Source: Chloroflexota bacterium
Lineage (GTDB): Bacteria > Chloroflexota > Anaerolineae > Aggregatilineales > UBA3940
Assembly (NCBI GenBank): GCA_036679085.1
Contig: JAZIGM010000057.1
Span: 146,635 to 210,634 of the forward strand
Length of the DNA stretch: 64,000 nucleotides
Direction: 5' to 3'
Below, piece after piece: positions 59,189-64,000 of this stretch (the stretch's first letter is position 1; each line of letters opens with the position of its first letter). The notes under the pieces were generated by a model. It was not told the DNA's origin and did not search any database. It was given only the letters and a program-made list of their open reading frames with translations. The position numbers were made by a program, and so were the translations under genes.

Positions 59189-60520
59189 ATGGTACACTGG
59201 GCAAACATCTATCATGAGCGCCGCGTCACGGCGGAAGAGGCAGTGCGGGCGATCAAGTCCGGCGACCGGGTGTTTCTGACCGGCAACTGCTCGGTGCCGC
59301 AGGTGGTGCTCGCCGCGCTGGTGGAGTACGCGAAGGAAAACCTGCACGATGTCGAACTCACGCAGGTGCTGACCGTCGGCGAGGCGGCCTATGCCGAGCC
59401 GGAGATGGAAGGCCACATCCGCGTGAACACAATGTTCATCGGGCATGGTGTGCGCCGCGCTGTGCAGGAGGGCCGCGCGGACTTCACGCCGGTCTTTCTG
59501 TCAGAGGTTCCCCGGCTGTACCGCACCGAACTGCCCCTCGACGTGGCGCTGATCCACGTCTCCCCGCCGGATGAGCACGGCTTCTGCTCGTTCGGCGTTG
59601 AGGTCGGGGTGACGAAGACCGCGGCCAACGTCGCCAAGACGGTCATCGCGGAGGTCAACCCCCGCATGCCGCGCACCCTCGGTGACAGCTTCATCCACAT
59701 CAGCAAGATCGACCTGCTCGTCGAGGTGGACTACCCCCTGCCGGAGTTCCGCATGGGCGAGCCGTCCGAGGTGCAGCAGGCCATCGGGCAGCACATCGCC
59801 GGGCTGATTGAGGACGGTAGCACGATCCAGACGGGCATCGGCGGCATCCCCGATGCGGTGCTCCAGTACCTCGACAGCAAGAAGGACCTCGGCATCCACA
59901 CCGAGCTGTTTTCCGACGGCGTGATCGACCTGGTGAACCGGGGCATCATCAACAACGAGGCCAAGACGCTCCACCCCGGCAAGATCATCGCGGGCTTCCT
60001 GCTCGGCACACAGCGGCTGTACGACTTTGTGCATGACAACCCCATCGTCGAGCTTCACCCGACGGAGTACGTCAACGACCCGTTCCTCATCGCGCAGAAC
60101 GAGAAGATGGTTTCCATCAACTCGGCGATTGAGGTGGACCTGACCGGGCAGGTGTGCGCGGACAGCATCGGGCCGAGCCTGTACAGTGGCGTCGGTGGGC
60201 AGGTGGACTTCGTGCGCGGGGCGGCCCGCTCGAAGGGCGGCAAGCCGATCATCGCGCTGCCCTCGACGGCGAAGGACGACACCATCAGCCGCATCACGTG
60301 GCAGTTACGGCCCGGCGCAGGCGTGGTGACGACGCGCAACGACGTACACTACATCGTGACGGAGTACGGGGTCGCGTACCTGTACGGCAAGTCGATCCGC
60401 GAGCGGGCGCAGGCGCTGATCAACATCGCGCATCCCAACTTCCGCGAGGAGCTTGAGCGGAAGGCCCGCGAGCTGAACTACATCCCCCGGCAGTATGTGG
60501 GGGTCGGCACGGGAGAGTGA
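59189..60520 (+). CDS. acetyl-CoA hydrolase/transferase family protein (4-hydroxybutyrate CoA-transferase-like)
   Basis: 443 aa; GIGGIPDAVL, HTELFSDG, INSAIEVDLTGQV, SGVGGQVDF. Confidence 0.85.
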   Translation: MVHWANIYHERRVTAEEAVRAIKSGDRVFLTGNCSVPQVVLAALVEYAKENLHDVELTQVLTVGEAAYAEPEMEGHIRVNTMFIGHGVRRAVQEGRADFTPVFLSEVPRLYRTELPLDVALIHVSPPDEHGFCSFGVEVGVTKTAANVAKTVIAEVNPRMPRTLGDSFIHISKIDLLVEVDYPLPEFRMGEPSEVQQAIGQHIAGLIEDGSTIQTGIGGIPDAVLQYLDSKKDLGIHTELFSDGVIDLVNRGIINNEAKTLHPGKIIAGFLLGTQRLYDFVHDNPIVELHPTEYVNDPFLIAQNEKMVSINSAIEVDLTGQVCADSIGPSLYSGVGGQVDFVRGAARSKGGKPIIALPSTAKDDTISRITWQLRPGAGVVTTRNDVHYIVTEYGVAYLYGKSIRERAQALINIAHPNFREELERKARELNYIPRQYVGVGTGE

Positions 60521-60548
60521 GGGCGGCCAATCAGGCTCGATTCTCGTT

Positions 60549-60740
60549 GTAGGGGCGGGTCGTGATGCGCGATGCTCCGCATCGACCGCATCAATAGACC
60601 CGCTCCTACCAACCATGCTGTTCAAAGCTCAGGGAGCCGCGAATAAACTTCGCGGCTCCGGTGTAAGACCGAACATCTCCTATTCGTGCCATTCGTGGAC
60701 TCGATCACCTATCCGTGTCATCTGTGCCATCTGTGGACTC
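60549..60740. repeat. compound repeat cluster: nested hairpin element, inverted GGAGCCGCG..CGCGGCTCC hairpin, two module-K blocks
   Basis: Nested element 60549-60609; hairpin 60633-60659; tattcgtgc cattcgtgg actc (60681-60702); tatccgtgt catctgtgc catctgtgg actc (60710-60740). Confidence 0.85.
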
Positions 60741-60794
60741 ACACCCCTGCCGTGCTATACTCCCCACGTAGTTCTTCAGCCGAGAGGTGACATC

Positions 60795-61082
60795 ATGCCC
60801 CTGTCCATGGAAGAAGTCGAGCACATTGCCGAACTGGCGCGGCTGGCGCTCACCGGGGAGGAGAAGGAGCGGCTGCGCGAGGAGCTTTCCGAGATTCTCG
60901 ATATCGCGCAGCGCCTCCAGCGCATTGACACGAGCGACATCCCGCCCACCGCGACCGTCCTGCCGGTCAATACCGTGCTGCGCCCCGACGAGAGCCGCCC
61001 CGGCTCCCCGCGTGACAGGCTGCTCGAAAACGCCGCCGAGCACGAGGACGGGCAGTTCCGCGTTGATGTGATACTGGATTAG
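60795..61082 (+). CDS. gatC: Asp-tRNA(Asn)/Glu-tRNA(Gln) amidotransferase subunit C
   Basis: 95 aa from ATG 60795; [20 protein letters not shown]...; GAGAGGTGA upstream; directly precedes gatA. Confidence 0.9.
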   Translation: MPLSMEEVEHIAELARLALTGEEKERLREELSEILDIAQRLQRIDTSDIPPTATVLPVNTVLRPDESRPGSPRDRLLENAAEHEDGQFRVDVILD

Positions 61083-61087
61083 CCGCC

Positions 61088-62551
61088 ATGACCGCACTCA
61101 CAGACCTGACCATTCGTGAAGCTGCTGACAGGCTCCGCGCGGGCGAGATCTCGTCCGTCGAGTTGACCCGCGCCTATCTCGACCGCATCGCCGCGCTGGA
61201 CGACACGCTGCAAGCCTACCTGACCGTCACCGGCGAGATAGCGCTGGAGCAGGCTCGCCGGGCCGACGAGCGCCGCGCGGCAGGTGAGGACGACCCGCTG
61301 CTGGGCGTGCCGCTCGCCTACAAGGATGTGCTTGCGACCGAGGGCGTGCAGACCACCTGCGCCTCGCGGATCCTCCAGGGTTATAAGCCGCCGTACACCG
61401 CAACGGCGATCCGGAAGCTGGAGGCTCGCGGCGCGGTGATGCTCGGCAAGACGAACATGGACGAGTTCGCGATGGGCTCCTCTACCGAGAACTCGGCCTA
61501 CGCCGTGACCCGCAACCCCTGGGACCTCGACCGGGTGCCCGGTGGCTCGTCGGGCGGCAGCGCGGTGGCGACCGCTGCGGGCATGGCGGCGGGAGCGCTC
61601 GGCACGGACACCGGCGGCAGCATCCGGCAGCCCGCGTCGCTGTGCGGCGTCGTTGGGCTGAAGCCGAGCTACGGGCGGGTGTCCCGCTACGGGCTGGTGG
61701 CGTTTGCCTCGTCGCTGGACTCGATTGGCCCGCTCACCCGTTCCGTCGAGGACGCGGCGATCCTGCTCGGTGCGATAGCCGGGCACGACCCTGCCGACTC
61801 CACGTCGGTCAACGCCCCCGTGCCGGACTACACGGCGGCGCTGCGCCCCGACATGAAGGGGATGCGCGTCGGCGTGCCGAAGGAATACTTCCTCGCCGAG
61901 GGGATGCAGCCGGAAGTTGTGGAGGCGGTGCGGGCGGCCATCGCGCAGCTAGAGGCGCTCGGTGCGGAGATCGTCGAGGTGAGCCTGCCCCACACCGAGG
62001 CGGGGCTGGCGGTGTACTACATCATCGCCCCGGCGGAGGCGTCCGCGAACCTTGCCCGCTTCGACGGTGTGCGCTACGGGCTGCGCGTGCCGGGCGGAGA
62101 ACTGATAGAGACCTACAAGCAAACGCGCGGCGCGGGCTTCGGCGCGGAGGTCAAGCGGCGCATCATGATCGGCACATATGCGCTCTCGGCGGGCTACTAT
62201 GACGCCTACTATCTGCAGGCGCAGAAGGTCCGCACGCTGCTCAAGCAGGACTTCGACGCGGCCTTCGAGCAGGTGGACGTGCTCGCCGCGCCGGTCTCCC
62301 CGACGACCGCTTTCCGCATCGGCGAGCGCACCGACGATCCGCTACAGATGTACGCCGCCGATACGCTCACGCTCGGCGCGAGCCTGGCAGGTGTGTGCGG
62401 TATCTCGGTGCCGTGCGGCTTCGACAGCGAGGGGCTGCCAATCGGCCTGCAATTGATCGGCCCGGCGTTTGAGGAGGCGCGGATTCTGCGCGCCGCCTAT
62501 GCCTACGAGCAGGCGACGGACTGGCAGCGCATGCCCGAGGTGCGGGTTTAG
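61088..62551 (+). CDS. gatA: Asp-tRNA(Asn)/Glu-tRNA(Gln) amidotransferase subunit A
   Basis: 487 aa; amidase signature [33 protein letters not shown]. Confidence 0.96.
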   Translation: MTALTDLTIREAADRLRAGEISSVELTRAYLDRIAALDDTLQAYLTVTGEIALEQARRADERRAAGEDDPLLGVPLAYKDVLATEGVQTTCASRILQGYKPPYTATAIRKLEARGAVMLGKTNMDEFAMGSSTENSAYAVTRNPWDLDRVPGGSSGGSAVATAAGMAAGALGTDTGGSIRQPASLCGVVGLKPSYGRVSRYGLVAFASSLDSIGPLTRSVEDAAILLGAIAGHDPADSTSVNAPVPDYTAALRPDMKGMRVGVPKEYFLAEGMQPEVVEAVRAAIAQLEALGAEIVEVSLPHTEAGLAVYYIIAPAEASANLARFDGVRYGLRVPGGELIETYKQTRGAGFGAEVKRRIMIGTYALSAGYYDAYYLQAQKVRTLLKQDFDAAFEQVDVLAAPVSPTTAFRIGERTDDPLQMYAADTLTLGASLAGVCGISVPCGFDSEGLPIGLQLIGPAFEEARILRAAYAYEQATDWQRMPEVRV

Positions 62552-62608
62552 GGCCGACGGTGGCGAGTATTGATCCACGAATGTAGAGGTGCGTTCGGCT
62601 TTTGCCCC

Positions 62609-62696
62609 GCCGCGACTAAACGTCGCGGCTCCTGATCATGAATAGCACAAACGACACAATGCAAATGGTAGGGGCGGATCTCAGATCCGCCCCTAC
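62609..62696. repeat. two hairpin modules: GCCGCGACTAAACGTCGCGGC and short GTAGGGGCGGATC-tcA-GATCCGCCCCTAC
   Basis: The first recurs at 21320-21340. The second is the insert-free form of the nested element (also at 17010-17038 and 29424-29450). Confidence 0.8.
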
Positions 62697-62759
62697 ATGA
62701 TTCCGAGACTGTATGACCCGGTTTTGGCCGGATAATAACCTCGCTTTTGTAAAATACAC

Positions 62760-62788
62760 TTGACATTATGTAAAGCATGCTTTACAAT
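62760..62788 (+). promoter_or_regulatory. near-consensus promoter TTGACA-17-TACAAT overlapped by a perfect 18-bp palindrome TGTAAAGCATGCTTTACA (putative operator)
   Basis: TTGACA 62760-62765, TACAAT 62783-62788, palindrome 62769-62786; 47 nt upstream of ATG 62836. Confidence 0.65.
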
Positions 62789-62835
62789 CTGTTCATCACC
62801 AGTGGCCTGAAAAACATCAATGGGAGAATAGATCG

Positions 62836-63042
62836 ATGAGCAAGCAGAACACAGACAACGATGTCCAGAGCTACTTCGGGATGTGGATCGCACTGGGTGC
62901 GGGGATGGGCGTGGCGCTCGGTGCGGCGTTCGACAACATCGCGCTGGGGCTGGCGCTCGGCCTGGCGATCGGTACTGCCATTGGGCTGGGGCAGAGCAGC
63001 AGCCAGCGCGGCGGCGACGAGGCGAGCGAGGACGACAAATGA
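62836..63042 (+). CDS. small glycine-zipper membrane protein
   Basis: 68 aa; GMWIALGAGMGVALGAAFDNIALGLALGLAIGTAIGLG; GGGAGA Shine-Dalgarno; ATGA overlap with the next ORF. Confidence 0.55.
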   Translation: MSKQNTDNDVQSYFGMWIALGAGMGVALGAAFDNIALGLALGLAIGTAIGLGQSSSQRGGDEASEDDK

Positions 63043-63416
63043 GCGAGACGCGGCGGTATGTGATCCACTTCGGTTCAGCGATGGCGGCCTATGCCGTTGT
63101 GCTGACCATATCCATCCTGCTCATCCAGGCGTACGAGGACGCGTGGTGGCGCTATTTCGTCGCGGTGGCGCCGGTCGTGCCCATCATCTTTGCGGTGATG
63201 GCCGTCGTCAGGCGGGTGCGCACGCTAGACGAGCTTCAGCAACGCATCCAGCTTGAGGCGCTCGCCTTCGCCTTCTGCGCCACGGCGATCGTCACGTTCA
63301 CGTATGGCTTTCTCGAACTCGTCGGCCTGCCCCACCTGGACTGGCTGTGGGTGTTCCCGCTGATGTGCTCTCTGTGGGCTGTTGGCCTGGGGATTGCGAG
63401 CTGGAGGTACCGGTGA
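63039..63416 (+). CDS. four-TM membrane protein of unknown function
   Basis: 125 aa from ATG 63039, in frame with track ORF 62883..63416; GTGA overlap with the XRE gene. Confidence 0.6.
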   Translation: MSETRRYVIHFGSAMAAYAVVLTISILLIQAYEDAWWRYFVAVAPVVPIIFAVMAVVRRVRTLDELQQRIQLEALAFAFCATAIVTFTYGFLELVGLPHLDWLWVFPLMCSLWAVGLGIASWRYR

Positions 63417-63625
63417 AAAACCGCCTGAAGCTGCTACGGACCGAGCGCGGGCTGACGCAGGCGGAGGTGGCCGATCGGCTTGGCGTATCCCGCCAGACGG
63501 TGCACGCCATCGAGGTGGGAAAGTACGACCCGAGCCTGCCGCTCGCGTTCAAGATTGCGCGGCTGTTCGAGCGGCGCATCGAGGAGATCTTTGAGCCGGA
63601 CGAGCACGACCTGGCGCGGGGCTGA
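63413..63625 (+). CDS. XRE-family helix-turn-helix transcriptional regulator
   Basis: 70 aa from GTG 63413; LKLLRTERGLTQAEVADRLGVSRQTVHAIEVGKYDPSLPLAFKIARLF. Confidence 0.85.
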   Translation: MKNRLKLLRTERGLTQAEVADRLGVSRQTVHAIEVGKYDPSLPLAFKIARLFERRIEEIFEPDEHDLARG

Positions 63626-63631
63626 GGCTCG

Positions 63632-64000
63632 CTACCCCAGCCGCCGCACATGCTCGACGATGTCGGCGGCGAGGTCGTAGCGCCCGAACTGCGGCATGAT
63701 ATACAGGCCCGCCGCGCGCTCGCGCAGCGCCTCAGCCAGTTCCTGCGCGATACGCACACCCTCTGCCGGTGCGTCCGGCCCTGCCGCCTCGATGCGCTGG
63801 AGGATCGGTTCAGGGATGGTGATGCCGGGGACTTCGTTGTGCAGGAAGCGTGCATGGCGGATGCTGTAGAGCGGCATCACGCCGACAAGCACCGGGAGCG
63901 TCAGCGGCCCGTGCGCCGCCTCAAAGCGCTCCATGAAGCGGTCGAAGTCCGCGGCATCAAAGAGGGGCTGGGTGAGCACATAGTCCACCCCGCCCTCGAT
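63632..64000 (-). CDS. metF: methylenetetrahydrofolate reductase (C-terminal part; 5' end off window)
   Basis: VLTQPLFDAADFDRFMERF, PVLVGVMPLYSIRHARFLHNEVPGITIP; the reading frame stays open to the window edge. Confidence 0.8.
   Translation of the reverse strand: MEGGVDYVLTQPLFDAADFDRFMERFEAAHGPLTLPVLVGVMPLYSIRHARFLHNEVPGITIPEPILQRIEAAGPDAPAEGVRIAQELAEALRERAAGLYIMPQFGRYDLAADIVEHVRRLG

Overview
GC-rich bacterial chromosomal segment (about two-thirds G+C by eye, not computed), densely packed with housekeeping genes. These include gap-pgk-tpiA plus apgM, ruvB, a fused glyQS, tadA flanked by tRNA-Asn and tRNA-Ser, lipA, a P-type Ca2+-ATPase, ctaB, ybaK, dprA, queA, acnA, recJ, ald and gatCA. Gene content loosely resembles Chloroflexota-type genomes, but I could not verify lineage. 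I found no CRISPR array, prophage, defence island, toxin-antitoxin pair or biosynthetic cluster. Four things are unusual. (1) Many intergenic regions carry short GC-rich hairpin modules in a fixed order, forming a ~176-bp train of eight hairpins that is tandemly duplicated at 54.8 kb. One IS200-like Y1 HUH transposase homolog (17160..17678) sits between two oppositely oriented trains, which is a RAYT/REP-like arrangement with an unusually complex repeat unit. (2) A ~450-bp lower-GC non-coding region (51.2-51.7 kb) holds at least 12 copies of the 9-mer TTT[CG][GA]ACA in two opposed arms, plus TATATA palindromes. It could be an iteron or origin-like field, or a regulator-binding array. (3) Three conserved genes (tpiA, an anti-sigma factor, ctaB) each carry a single-nucleotide frameshift, most simply read as consensus errors. 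(4) A small XRE operon has a near-consensus promoter overlapped by a perfect 18-bp palindrome. Long antisense ORFs in the six-frame track are treated as GC-driven artefacts.
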